From assembly GCF_009914755.1 (NCBI RefSeq), contig NC_060925.1: DNA of 64,000 nt; one strand, 5' to 3'. Position 1 is the first letter of the stretch. Every line of letters begins with the position of its first letter. The notes under the pieces were generated by a model. It had not been told where the DNA came from. It did no database searches and worked only from the letters and a program-made list of their open reading frames with translations. This document shows, piece by piece, positions 1-14,160 of this stretch. Made by a program: the position numbers and the translations under genes. The stretch comes from the human T2T-CHM13v2.0 reference genome, Homo sapiens.

Positions 1-480
1 TATCCAAGTGCAGCATATGTGGAACTTAGTAATGATCTTTTGATGATGACAAAAAATAGCTGATAGGATACCACTGTAAGAGCTAATATAGCTGTACAGC
101 TTTGGACATACCATATTTATGCTGTGTCATGTCACACACAGAGCCCTTCAGATTAGGTTAAATCATGTCACCTGAAACATAACAGGTACATAAAATGGAA
201 GCAAATCCACCAGCAAGTATTTATTCATTGCCTACTATGTGCCAAGAAATTCTGTTAATCACTAAAAACATAACAAAAGACAACCTATTCCCATTCCACA
301 CTATGATTAACTTGTAATAGAATTGGATATTTAACAGTTATTGGGGAATAACAGTAGCTGGAAATAGGAAGCAAGCAAGTCAGAAATGTAAGGGAAGATT
401 TATGCCCAGGTCAAGGAGCAGCACGTTAGGAGCGCAGTGAGTGTGGGAAACTCATGGAAGTTCAAATGTAGACTGCATCA

Positions 481-806
<326 letters not shown>

Positions 807-2601
807 TCAGGTAGAAGGGAGACTTTCAGGTATGAAGGAGGAAGGAGAAGAACCCTGGGCCTGAGATAAATCTTGAAGAGAATTGATGGGGCAGTGGATC
901 AATAGGTAATGTATAAAGAAATCGGAACATATGGCCCATCCCACTCTGTCATCTTCACCGTCCTCCTGGGCCCCCATTCTCGTGGCTGTGCGGGCAGTTG
1001 CCCCAGTGCATGCACACACGGTCCTGCCTGTGTGCATGTGTGCATGTGTGAAACTGTTATTTTTCCGGCTTGGAACATTTTCCCATGGATTATTTTAAAT
1101 AGTTCTATAAGACTATACTAGACTATCAAGTTTTGATTTTGGTGATCTGCCAACTGTACGATTTTAAAAATAGGTTTTTAACAGCTTTAAAACAGAAGTA
1201 GTATTTCTGCCAGCGGGTGGAATTGTGGCTCAAAGGCCCTGAAGGAGAACACATACTTGGGATTTATTCCTGGGTGCCATGGGTTTCTGGAATTTTGCCC
1301 CTAGACACAGTGGCGAAGACAGCAGAGGGTGTTCCAGGGTACACATCCTAGACCCTGCTCCTATTTATTCCCTCTGATACGTGGTTGAAAAGCAGTGCTT
1401 GAGTGGTTAATCAGATCCCTGGAAATGGATGCCTCACTCTTGTCTGGAAAAAGTTCCCTAATGAAATCTCTTGTTTACATTATGCTACACATTCATGTTC
1501 TGGAAGTTTTTGCCACTTCTTCCCATTTCCTATATTATATATGTATTTGGTGCCCATAATTGGTACTGTTTTTCCCCCATTTAAGCTTCTCTCTTCCTAA
1601 ATTCTAGATAAACATCCTTGTAGTTTCCAGGCCCTGGGTTGCCAACTCAGATTCCCATGCTTGCTGTCACTGAGTGCTTATCTTGGGATCCTTCTTCCAG
1701 AACCCAGAGCTCCTTACGTCAACCCCACCGGAATGGGTCCCCAATATATGGGATTCATGCCGAACAACTTTGCAGACACCTTCTAGGCTAGTGTTGAGCT
1801 GACCCTGGGGAAGATTGTAGTTGCCTTTCCCTGGAAAGGCGGCTCTCTGAGTGAGAAAACTTCATAAAGACTACTCTTCTCAGTGCTCATAATGTGTTTT
1901 GGAATTATTACCTTTGCAGTATATGAGCAGTATGTTAATTTATTAATTTTCCTTGTCCCATTATTAAAAGGGTCCTCCTCTCTCACTCTTATGAATTAAG
2001 TGTGAAGGAGGAGGTATATGTAATAACACCAGCTTTTTCACGTGGTTTATAGCAATTGCTTTCATCTTTTATGGGTGCATCTCATGTTTGCCATGATATT
2101 TCAAGTTGTTTCTTTTCTGGGGTTCTCATATGGAAATCCCTGGCAAAGCTGTGCTCCTCCAGCATTAGCATGTGTGCAGTGTTTAGAAAGGGAGATGGAA
2201 TCTGGGCTGCTGCACTGCAGTTACCTCAGCAGGGAACCTACCAGCCTCCACCAAGCTCTACCCCTGGCCTCAGAACCTCAGGGGGCAAAAGTGGCCAGTC
2301 ACGTCCTCTGTCTGAGAAACTAGCCATGAGTCTCTTGCAGGAGGGAGGAAATCATTGCTTACTCATGCGCAACCTGATTTAGGAGCATTCCTGCTATCTG
2401 AGAAACTAATTCTGGGAATTTGCACAGAGCTATTCATTGTAAAAGCAGCTTTGATCCCCAGAGAGTCCACAAGACCTTGGAAAAAAATTTACTGTGCCAG
2501 GGAGACAGTGGAGCCTATAGGAGCCCCCTAAAGAAGTTGGGACCCTTGGGTTTGGTGTCTGGTTTTGACGTAGTAGTCTGCTCAGGTAAGGCTCTTAGCT
2601 A

Positions 2602-2979
<378 letters not shown>

Positions 2980-3364
2980 TTAAAGTTAAATAACGCTGGC
3001 CATGTGATTTCAGCCCAATGATTCAGCAATAACAATTATTAGCCTCACTTCCTCATCCCCACTTAGCAAAAAAATTCAGAGGTGAAGCAAAGAGAAATAT
3101 ACTGAAAAGCAGCAAAAGTCAGAAGGGGAGCTGTGATGATGTCTTCAGCCTTGTGAATTTCACTTTTGTCTTTCCAAAATGGTTCTGGGCATCAGATAGA
3201 GCACAGCCCTTGCACCAACTTGCTCACTATTCCCTCTGACTGTGTGCCTTCTGCACACGGAGCACAGGTTGCCAACAGGCTGCTCTCAAATGTGCCTGCA
3301 TCCTTCTGCTCCACCAATCAAGTTGAATGCTTTCCTAGAATTGCATTTGCTTCCAAACCTGTTT

Positions 3365-3935
3365 ATGCCAGTTGAACTTGGATAATATAATTATTACATA
3401 AATTGATGAAATATGAGCATAAAAAGAAAGTTGTTTCCATAAAGACTATATTGGAAGTTTCAAAAGGGAAATTGCTAGCCTGGGCAACATGGCAAGACCC
3501 AGTCTCTCCAGAAAAGAAAAAGCAAAATTAGCCAGGCATGGTGACACATACCTGTGGTCCTGGCTACTCAGGAGGCTGAGGTTGGAGGATCACTTGAGCC
3601 TAGGACGTCGAGGCTGCTGCATTGAGCCATGTTCACGCCACTGCACTCCAGCTGAGCAACAGAGCAATTCTCTCTCCAAAATGAAAAGAAAAAAGAAAAG
3701 AAAGAAAAGGCATGTTGCTGAGTTATATGTAGGACTTGAAAGGTTAGAGGAGATTATAAAACTCTAGAGGATTTTGCTTTCAGATTGCTTTATGTTGTTA
3801 AAATTTTGCTCCACCTTAAAGAAACTGACATTAGACTTGATAATGCACTGTAGGTATGGGTGTGAAGACTCAAGTTGGAAAAGCAGAAGTGTATCAGGAA
3901 AAATTCTATTGGTCCTAGTACTTTGAATGACACTG
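3365..3935 (+). mobile_element. Ancient TcMar-Tigger-like DNA transposon fossil interrupted by a 5'-truncated AluJ (about 3477-3709)
   Basis: aaaaagaaagttgtttccataaagacta ... tctagaggattttgctttcagattgctt ... ctccaccttaaagaaac resembles degenerate Tigger transposase N-terminus. Confidence 0.5.
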
Positions 3936-6900
3936 AGGTTCACTGGCAACTTTCTGTGTAATTTTTTATAACAAAGACCTACTGCTGCAAGGATTTTACA
4001 TGTAATGAGTGCCTAAGGAAGGTATGAAAAACCCTTCCCTGGAAGTCTCCCAAAGCAGAAAAACACCCATTTGCGTGGATGACTTGGTGCATCAGTGATA
4101 GGGGAGAAATGACTGAGGTAAACTGTTCATGGTATGAGAGTTGACCAAGTCAGGGTGGGGAGGGGAGGAAGAGGGGCAGGTGGACTTGGTGACTCTGCCT
4201 CCCTTTCAAACAGAGCAGCCCTGTGTTTACCTGTTTCATACATTGAGGACTTCTGGTTAAAATGTTAGTAAAAACGATTGCTCTTCTTAAAAAAGGGCTT
4301 GCAAGCCACCAGATTAGGTCTTTTCCATGTCTTTCTTTCTCCAAATCTATATGAGATCTAAATAAGCTCTCCCCAAGTCAGACAGAGGACATATTTTTAG
4401 TGCTCAAGTCATAGCTTGTATTTACTCATTTTCAACTCTTTGGAGTAATAATTGATGAAATTTATATTTACTCACACCTACCACTTGGTTGATGCCCAGA
4501 GGGGCTGTCACCTCCCAATCTCAGAAAGGCAGGCAGGAATTTTTGGCCTGCCTGCCTTTCTGAGATCGGAGGAGGCCTGGAGGGTGGGGTGAAGTTGTGA
4601 GGACCCCTTTTCTAAATTGAGAAGTGGTCTGGATCTACCCTGTATCAGAACAGGATGGAAGAAAGAGCAGGATGTTTTTATTTCTGTCTATTGCCTGAAG
4701 GCATCTCCTCTAGAAACAAAACCAGTTTGATTTTGATTAACTTTCTCTTCTTTTAATTTCAGTCTTCCTTCTCTTGACTTCTTTAAGGATTATGCCAAAA
4801 GTCCTAGACTGATCATAAAGCCTCAGAACAGGAATTTCACTCATAGTTGCCCAAGAAAAGCATGTTAATACCAAAAGTAATTTCCTAGCCAGTCATTTCC
4901 TGTGTTCTCAAAATTGTTATTTTTCTCTAAGATATGTATCTTTAGATAACAAAAACTGTTCTGCCTCTCAACCTGGAGGAGGTGATGTGGCAAGAGGCAT
5001 CTTGACGAAAGCATGTGTAAAAGAACATGTCAGAGAAGCCAGGAAAAGGATTGATGTCCTGCTAAGTATATGTTTGATATCCAGCCCAGGTTGGAGCACA
5101 TTTTTAGCACTGAAGAGATAAAGCACCTAAAAATCTAATGCTGACTTTGTCACTGATTTGTTCCACGGCTGAGGGCAAATCTTCCAGCCTTAGTTTCCCC
5201 CCTTTGAAGAAGAATGAAGTTCACTGGCAGTTGAGAGGCACATAATGGGTATGAGACAGTTTAGAGAGAATGGAATTTTGTCTGAATGGAAAGTGCATCA
5301 GTAAGGATTTGCTACAGAAATATGGCAATCCAATCTCATGGGGTGTTGAAAGCAATAACCGGTTATGAAAATTGTCAGGTATTAATATTTGCAAAGCACT
5401 ATAGATACTTCAATACCTGATTCTGTAAAAACTGAGTAGAACATCTGCCTTTCAAAAATGTTTGGTAAAGCTGGCATTTACAGGTTAAGGTTTGAGAAGT
5501 TTAAATCCTTTCAGTTCCCTGTTATTCTTTCCTCCATTCATTCTTCATCTGTAAGTGGGCAGGATGTCATGCCTGGGGCATGTCGTGAGTGGCTTTTTAC
5601 CTTGCCTGAACACCTGTGTATGGTTTGTTTCTCTGGAATAAGATCTTTACTTCATCCAGTTATTGTTTAAGAATTAAGATTCCTTTTTCTTTTCGTTCTT
5701 TTTTTGTTCAAAGCTTTGTAATAGGTGAGAGATGTGCTTACTTTCACATGCATGGAAAACTCACCCATAAAAACGAAGGTCTTTCACAATGCATTAGCTG
5801 GGTTTTCTCTCCAGTGCTGACCTTTGACCTCCATGCACAATGTGGTATTCAGCTGTCCTGTTCTCTGAAGTGAAAACCTTCAGAGCCCTCAACAAAGATA
5901 TTTCACCAAGAGTAAGCAGTCCATGAACTAAATGACTTAAGATAAGAAGGCGGTTAATTCTGAAATAAAGATGAAGGCAAGAGGTCTATAAAAATTACAA
6001 AGCCCTCCAAGGCCGGATCACTGATCCCCCCCATGGTGAGGGTGACAACTCAACCTTCCTTAAGACCCGAATTAAAGAGACAAGTGCACTTTCTATTCCA
6101 TGGAATTTCTAAATGGATTTCTTTGGACAAACCTGCCCAGTGTTCCTTGGTTGTATTAATAAAAAGAGTAGAGAATCTTAGTGGGGGAGGAAGCTATTCA
6201 GAATGTATGAATTAAGAGGGCTTCTTGGGAGCACTTCTTTTGAAATCCTTAACAAGCACTCTTATTCTAAGGATCTCAAGCCCATTTATGGGCTGCTTGG
6301 CAAGAAAGAAAACTTCACAAATAACACATGGTCCCAGTCATCACCTTAGACAAAGTGCTAAGAAGGTAACGGATTACAGCTTTGCCTTTTTTTTTTTTTA
6401 ATTGCTCTGTAGAAATGTAAAGAAAGACTTAGGCTTAGGAACAAGCTTTGGGTGTTTAATTGTCAGGTTTGTTGAGGAGAAGGAGACAGAGAGGCGAGGT
6501 AGGGAAAAGTCATAATTTGGTTTACACGAAAAAAATCATTTCTAAGGACTGTGTTCAGAATATTTGTCTGCCAATTGGGCAAAGACATCCAGATTTCCAT
6601 GGTGTGAGGAAACTGTTCTTTACTGCATCTACCTCACAGTGGTAACTTGCAAATTTTTCCCCCATGAAGCTTTATTTTTGGTGACCACTGTAATTTACAT
6701 GTTGGGACCTATTATTAACTGCTAGTTTTGCACTGTTATTGGAAATCTTTACATTAGGAAAGAATGTAGGGGTAGTTTTGGGGGGAACGAGGGGCTCAAA
6801 TTAAAGGTTACCTTGTATAGTATCTCAGCTCTGTCTGGGATCCGAGAAGGAATTAGAAACTCACACCCCCTAAGCAAAGAAAGCTTTGGAAGGAAGCTTC

Positions 6901-7909
6901 CCAAAGGAAACTTCTCTAAGGAAGAGCATTCACATATCTTAGAAGTGGCTTTTCAGAGAAAAAACTATCACGTAAATGCTTTTAAAATGGTCTATTTTGG
7001 AGCCACTGTGGCATACATACTGCAGTTTATCCTAGGAGACAGGATTGATGAGCCCCTGTAAGAACTGCATTGCATATTTCATAAATGTAAAAAGCAGAGG
7101 CAATTGTGCTATATTAAATTTCAGCCCATAATTGGGTAACTAGAGAAGCCCCCATTTAATTAAATTCCGCTATCCACTGTATGATAGGAAAATTTGGTGA
7201 CCTTATGTTTGACTACTGTCTGCGATTGAAGAGTGGTTAAAGTTGGTATAAGAATGTATTGTGTATCTTTCAAATGTCCTTATTAGAGAAACGGATTGGG
7301 GGTAATATTTTACCTTAATAGTGCTTCTCCAGTGACTCCTTCAGAATGACAGTGCTCAACTCAAACACCGTGTGTTTTCATTGGCTAGGATAAATGTTTT
7401 CCACAGAAATGACAAGGCTTCAGGCTCTCAAGAAGCTCTCATCATGAGAGGTCAAACGATTTTACACACAAACAATTCCACAGCACATTCTGCATCCTTC
7501 TTGCAATTTTTAAGCTGTGCTAGGCAAACTCCACATAGGAGCACATTCCAGAAACACACTGGGGGTTACATAAAGGGCTAGCTTCTGTTTGGTGGGTAAA
7601 TGTGCATATGATTATTGTTGTTACACAAAAGAAGGGACCAATAAAGTCCTGATGTGACTTTCCCAACTACAGAAACCCAAGAAAATTCTTTGCCAGAAGT
7701 AGATACATTGTCATTCTGATGGCAGATGACTACCCAAAGAAGGGGAAAGTGAAGGAAAGCTGGAATCTGGGAACTTGCAATGGGATAAAGTTGCTTTGAA
7801 GAAAGCACTTAGCAAGTGTTTTTTTTCCATATTGCCTTCTTTCCTGCCACAGACCCTAAGATTCTCTAATCACCTCTGTTCCGGGGAAAATATTTTAATA
7901 TAACCCCTT

Positions 7910-8390
7910 GATTCATTCAACAAGTATTTATGGAGAATCTACTCTGTGCCAGACCCTTCCACCCAACCTCTCATACCCTATACAGGAAGATACTCTGCCA
8001 TCATGTTTGCCAATGGGACAGGACTCCCAAGGGAATAGGTAGAAGAGGAACACCAGTAAGTCAAGAGCCACATATAATGAAAGACCAAAGTGTAAAAGGT
8101 GGGCAGAGGAGGAAGAAGGAATCTGGATAAGCAGGAACAGAAAGAGAATGCTGTCACCGAGGCTAACAGAGGGAAGAATTTCAAGGAGTGACTGACAGTG
8201 TTAAATGCAACGCAGAAGTCAGAAAGGATGAAAAAGTCCTAGTTGAATTAGCAATGTAGAGATCTTTGGTAACCCTTGCCAAAGAGATTTCAGTGAAGCA
8301 GTGGAAATGAAAGCCAAGTTCCAATGAGTGGGGGAGTAAATGTGAGGTAAGGTGGAGAGGCGATGAGTGTAGTAGTTGAAAGGAGAGACA
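7910..8390 (-). mobile_element. L2 fragments
   Basis: attcattcaacaagtattta..ctactctgtgccag is a typical L2 3' end; also ttggtaacccttgccaaagagatttcagtgaagcagtgg. Confidence 0.6.
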
Positions 8391-9020
8391 GCTGGTAGCC
8401 TACAAATGCAGGCGAAAAGTTCTCTCCATGTGGCTCATGAGTGATGAGGCAGCAGGATCAAACTAGACATAACTATCTCCTGCTCTATCTGCTTTTACCT
8501 TTTTAATCCTATGATCTATGCTAGAAAATTTTTTATTTTATGTTATTTGTACCACAGGATTTGATTTTATTTTGTCCTGTTATATTAACTAAACCAGTTT
8601 TTAAAAATAGGGAAATAATGCGTTTCATTCAATATGTACAATGGACCCTCCCAATAAATTAGCAATAAATTTACATAATTTGTCTCAAACAATGGAATTA
8701 TGCTACAATGTTAAAGAATATGTCATATCAGGTATAATGTTTAAAAATGCCAGTCAGGAACAGAGGAATGACTTTAGATAATTTGAGATACAACTTTAGA
8801 GAAATTAGTGCCTTTAGACATCAGTAATAAGAATTCAGAGTAAAGACAACATGTTACTTAATACCTTGCCTTAAATATGCCCCAGTTGACATTTTGTACA
8901 CATTTCAACATTTTTCAGCAACACTAGAAAGAATCAACAAATACTCTCTTATCTCTAAAATAACAATTAAATATTTTGCATAAAAACATTTAAAAACTTA
9001 AGATATTATCTTATTTCCCC

Positions 9021-9266
9021 TGCCTGGGCAACAAATTGAGGCCCCCCCTCTACAAAAAATTTAAAAATTAGCCAGGCATGGTGGCACAGGCCTGTGGTCC
9101 CAGTTACTTGCCTGAGGCAAGAGGAGGTCAAGGCTGCAGTGAGCCATGATTACACCACTGCACTTCAGCCTGGGCAACAGAGTGAGACTCTTGTCTCAAA
9201 AAAAAGAAGAAAGAGAAGAAGAGGAGGAGGAGGAGGAAGAAGAGAAAGAGGAGGAAGAGGAAGAAG
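9021..9266 (+). mobile_element. Truncated AluJ with a tail-derived (GAA/GGA)n purine tract
   Basis: Alu arms, then aagaagaggaggaggaggaggaagaagag at about 9206-9266. Confidence 0.8.
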
Positions 9267-9588
9267 ATATACTTATTTTAGCTTAACTTAGTTTTTATTG
9301 TTATTTGAAAGGGCAGTAATGATTGGCTATCAACATTGCTGCAGGATAGGAACTAAACTGGTTTCCATGACCAGATATAGGCTAGGAAAACTTGCATTCT
9401 TAGTTCAATTTTAGTTAGAGGCTGCAAGACAAGAATCATAGTAGTGTGGTTTGTGAGATTTGGCAATTAATGCACTTACACATTAGTTGCTTTATGTCTG
9501 GAAAGACCTGGAAGGTGAAAGTCATTAAAATAAACCTCCTCCTTATGCCTGGCGTGGAGAAGAGGCTCCTAGAAGAAACACAGCTTTA

Positions 9589-9902
<314 letters not shown>

Positions 9903-10569
9903 GTGGTGTAGGGTGGGCAGAATAGATCCAGCATGAAAAAGTTGCCACTTAACAGTTTAATTACTACTAAGGAGCAGTGTTCCAAGTAACAGACTGAAAA
10001 TTGGGGAAAAAAATAAACAAATATGGGCATAATGCAGAGCCTATATAAAAATATTTAAATCTTCAGTTCTCATGTGTTTTTCTAGATTTTCTGTAGTCTG
10101 TAGCGCTATAATCATATTTTCAGACATTTAAAAAGCTTAGTTCCCTGAATGCTTCATACTTCCTTGCTAATTCTGGAGCAAAACCATTTTACCAACTCTT
10201 CATATTGTTTTATGTCTCCCTACAAAATATCAACACAAGGCACAAGAAGTGTCTCAGGGCCCTCTACATTTTATAACTAAACATTTGGTCTCTCTGGCCA
10301 AATAGACTGATGGTGTCCTGGGTTGTTGCCAAGTAGGGAAGACTCTGCAGTCTCCTTCATAATGCCTTAAAATCCCTACTTCCTTGCTGCCTAGCTTTTT
10401 AGTCAATATTTTGCCTTCATGTGACTCAATATGTAGAAATTCTCTGCATTTTCACCCTGAAGAAAAATTCCTTCTCCAGACCAATAGGTTTTCTTCTCCA
10501 GCACATCCCACATTTTTTATAGTTCCTTCTCCAGGTGTCTGGAAAAGGGCAAAGAACTAATGAGCAATT

Positions 10570-10604
10570 CTCTTTCTTTCTTTCCTTCTTTCTTTCTTTC
10601 TTTT

Positions 10605-10655
<51 letters not shown>

Positions 10656-10665
10656 CTTTCTTTCT
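10570..10665. repeat. (TTTC)n tetranucleotide microsatellite
   Basis: Directly visible tandem TTTC units. Confidence 0.95.
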
Positions 10666-11020
10666 CCCCACTACTTTGGCTTTCTTTGTGATTGATCAGA
10701 AAATGATTCACTCTTAGCCCCAAAAGTTTCCTTCTGTGGTCACAATAATAGTGGCAGGTCTGGCATAGGAGTATGTTAAAGTAGGCTGTCCACAAGAGCC
10801 CTACTGTTATACGGACCTATGCGGCACTTATGGTTCTAGCCATCCCACAGTGTCATAATGTTCAGACAAAGAAGCAATCCCCATTAACTCTCTGTTCAAC
10901 AATCCCCATTAACTCTGCAGCTTGACTTTCATGTGGTACATGCCATTGAACATCTGAAAAAGCAGTCTCTCCTCAAGATCTCTGAAGGCAAGAAGTTTTT
11001 AGAGGCTTCTTTCAGTTTCT

Positions 11021-11310
11021 TTCTTTTTTCTTTTTCTTTTTTCTTTCGACTGTCTTGCTCTGTTGCCCAGGTTAGAGTGGAGTGCAGTGGCACAATCCAT
11101 AAATCATAGCTCACTGTGACCTCTTAACTTCTGGGCTCAAGCTGTCTTCCTTTCTCACTTCCTGAACAGCTGGGACTATAGGTGCTCGCCACCACGCCCG
11201 GCTAATTTTTTAGTAGCGATGAGGTCTCACTAAGGCTGGTCTTGAACTCCTGGCCTCGAGCGATTCTTCTGCTTTTGCTGGAATTACAGGCATGAGCTGC
11301 TGCATTCTGC
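11021..11310 (-). mobile_element. Alu (AluJ-like)
   Basis: Antisense Alu; TSD cttctttcagtttct at 11006 and 11311. Confidence 0.88.
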
Positions 11311-12609
11311 CTTCTTTCAGTTTCTATATTTGATATTCTGTCTTGATATAGATTGCACACTATTATAGTTCATACCATACTCTACATCTCCAGTGCTGTC
11401 ATCAAATGACATTCCCCCAAATCAGCTGACCAGGGGCATCTGCCATTAACCTGGGAAACTATTCTGAGTTCATTTTCATCCAGCGAGGCACAAGAGGGTT
11501 GACCCCAAAGCCTAAGCTGTGGGGCATCAGAGCACTGACGTCTTTGACTCGGAAGACTAACCCAAGTCTGAAAAGAAAGACAGGGCTGTCCAAAGCAAAA
11601 GCATCACTGTTGCTACCTGGCCAGCCTAGTTGCGGTGGAATGAGACATCATGAGGATGATGCAGCTGGTTCCCAGGTGGTTGTGGAAAGCTGTTGGCTGC
11701 ACCCACGCATAGGACCCCTCTTGGCCCATCCAACGCCCCCAAGAGCCACAGGGCCTCCTGCCCCCATCCATATGTCTCAGTATGGTGGCCCCACTTGTGG
11801 GGACTCATCCGGCATTTTTTTTCTTGTCCTCACCATGAGGGATTGATGTTTTGGATTCTTGCCCACGAGTTGCATAGACTTCCTTTACAAAGTAAGGTCT
11901 TTGGGGCCAGATAGGGTCCTTGATAAGTTTTCCTAAAGAGGAAAGATGCTAGAATGGGCAGTCCAAAAAGAGTGCCTGTCCCACCACATGTGAAGTCAGT
12001 TAAATTATCAGTAGCTGCTCTTCAGCTGACACCCTGACATCGATTTCTTTTCTTCCCATTCTACTGCAGGCATATGATGTTGACATTTTATTTGGTGGTG
12101 ATCATATTTAAGGAAGTACACTGATTTGCCTTTGGAAACTGTAGGAACCAACCTGAGCAAATATGTAAGCTTTCTGTCAAGCTACATAGCCTATCCTACA
12201 TTATTCTTTTTGCTAAAGCCCTTCAGATACTTGGAGCATGTCACTCTTTCAAGCAAATTGTGTTTTGGTTTGCAGGCTTTTTGAGGTCTAGGAACTAACC
12301 TCATTTCTTTTTCACAATTCTAAATCCCAAATGTCAGAAACTACTGAGGCGCAAGGTAGAAGTGACGGAGCAGACACAAATTAAATTTGACCTGGAGACT
12401 ACCTTTTTGTGCAAAGAGTCCCTAGAGATGCATAAGTGATCTTCACCCTCCAGTGGAACACCGTTTGGAAAGCTGCCAAATAATGCACTGCAGAAGTAAT
12501 CCCATATGGTCCCCAAGTGATCTGAGTAAATGCCTAATTTAGTTTTGCTATTCTGTGACCACCCCTAACTTCATTTATCTCTCTCGTAATGGAAGTATTT
12601 GTAGTATAT

Positions 12610-12870
12610 GTAGTGGTTAAAAACAGTCTTTAGAGTCAGACAGATCTTGATATTACAATGGCTTTGTTTTCTTCTTACTAGCTGTGGGCCCTTGGGCATG
12701 TAACTTTATCTGTTTTAAGTTTCAGTTCTTGTTGTAAGTAAAATGGAAGCCATATCTAACTTGGAATTAATATGAAGCTTTAAATGAGGTTATACATGTA
12801 TGTTAAGTGCCCAGCAAAGTGCTTGGCATACATATTTAGGTGCTGAACATATGGTAACTATTGTTGTAAT
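12610..12870 (+). mobile_element. MIR
   Basis: tagtggttaa..agagtcagacag..cttactagctgtgggcccttgggca..taaatgaggttata..aaagtgcttggcatac. Confidence 0.75.
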
Positions 12871-13952
12871 AACAATATCTAGTGATGTTCCCCCCTCCCA
12901 AAAAAAGATTAGATTATTTGCATTGATTAGCCTACATCTGGCAGCTCCACTAGAAGTATAATGTAAAATGCATGCCCTTTTGTGTCATTATAAAAGGCAG
13001 CACATTAAAGATGCCTTTTAATAGCAAGTATTTAAGAAACACTGGGTTTCCACAGTGCATTAGTTAGTGAAGAAGTGGAGAAACTGCTTTGGTTTGATGC
13101 AAGCTTAGAGGCAGATAACAAGCAAACAAGTGAGCTAGATATTGCATCAACTTCACAGACTGAAGGAGGGCCATCACCCAGGCTTCAGCATATCTAATGT
13201 CGAAAAGTATGATGCAGAGGTCGTGAGTGTTCATTAATATCGTTTGGTTGCCTTCTCAGGTTCCTAAATTATTTAAGGTGGTTTTCCAGAGAGCCATGAA
13301 TCTTTTCAGTAAAACTGCAGATTTTCCTTTGATTTCATGCAGGACACTGCTGCATGCTTGTCCAGCAATGCAGAGGTTATGCTGGTTATGCTTGACTGGA
13401 TGGGTATAAGTAATAGCTAATGTTGAGTTGGATCCCAGCCTGCCTGATGATTAAGTGAACAGCATCTTTCCACAGAGCAGTCTCAGACTTCTACATGGAT
13501 TGCTTTGCTACAATGGAAATCTTGACAGTTGAATTCACACAGATTAAAAACTGTTCAGTAATGAAGTGTGTCCTTAAATTCTCCTACCTTCTCGTGACCA
13601 CTTCTTTTGAAATAATGATATCAGGGTGCTAGTTGAGGGATTGAATAAACTCCCCCAGTAACAAATTGGTAGGTTTCCCTTGCAATACATTGAAGCTCCT
13701 TCAAGTCCTGAGGTTATTGTTCTTTGTGGACAAGTAAAAAGAGAAAACTTATCATCTGGTACTCCTGCCCCTGTGGCTGCTTCCACCTATATCATTGCTA
13801 TTTTTAGTTTTGAACTTAAACGAGGATGGGGCATCAAAAAGAGTTACAAAAGTTACTGGAATTAGGAAATCTAGCCAAGCCACTGAGATCAAAACTTCAA
13901 AATAATCCTACTAGGGATTGCTGAAGCTATATCAAAAGTTTATATAACCTGG

Positions 13953-14160
13953 TGGCTGGGCATGGTGGTTCACGCCTGTAATCCCAGCACTTTGGGAGGC
14001 CCAGGCGGGTGGATCGCTTAAGGCCAAGGGGTTCGAGACTAGCCTTGGCAACACGGTGAAACCCCGTCTCTACCAAAAATACAAAAATTAACCAGTCTCA
14101 TAACCCGTTCTCAAAATAAATAAATAGATTAAACTTTTTTAAAAAAGAATATTATGTTTT
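13953..14160 (+). mobile_element. Alu left monomer with a non-Alu 3' tail
   Basis: Perfect 19-bp TSD aaaagtttatataacctgg (13934, 14161). Confidence 0.85.

Noticed and set aside
11484-11914. 115-aa ORF (11499..11846) after an acceptor-like ttttcatccag
   Set aside because: It starts with TTG, has no recognisable homology and no strong donor. In the phase needed to join the NAV1 exon at 34187 it stops within six codons.
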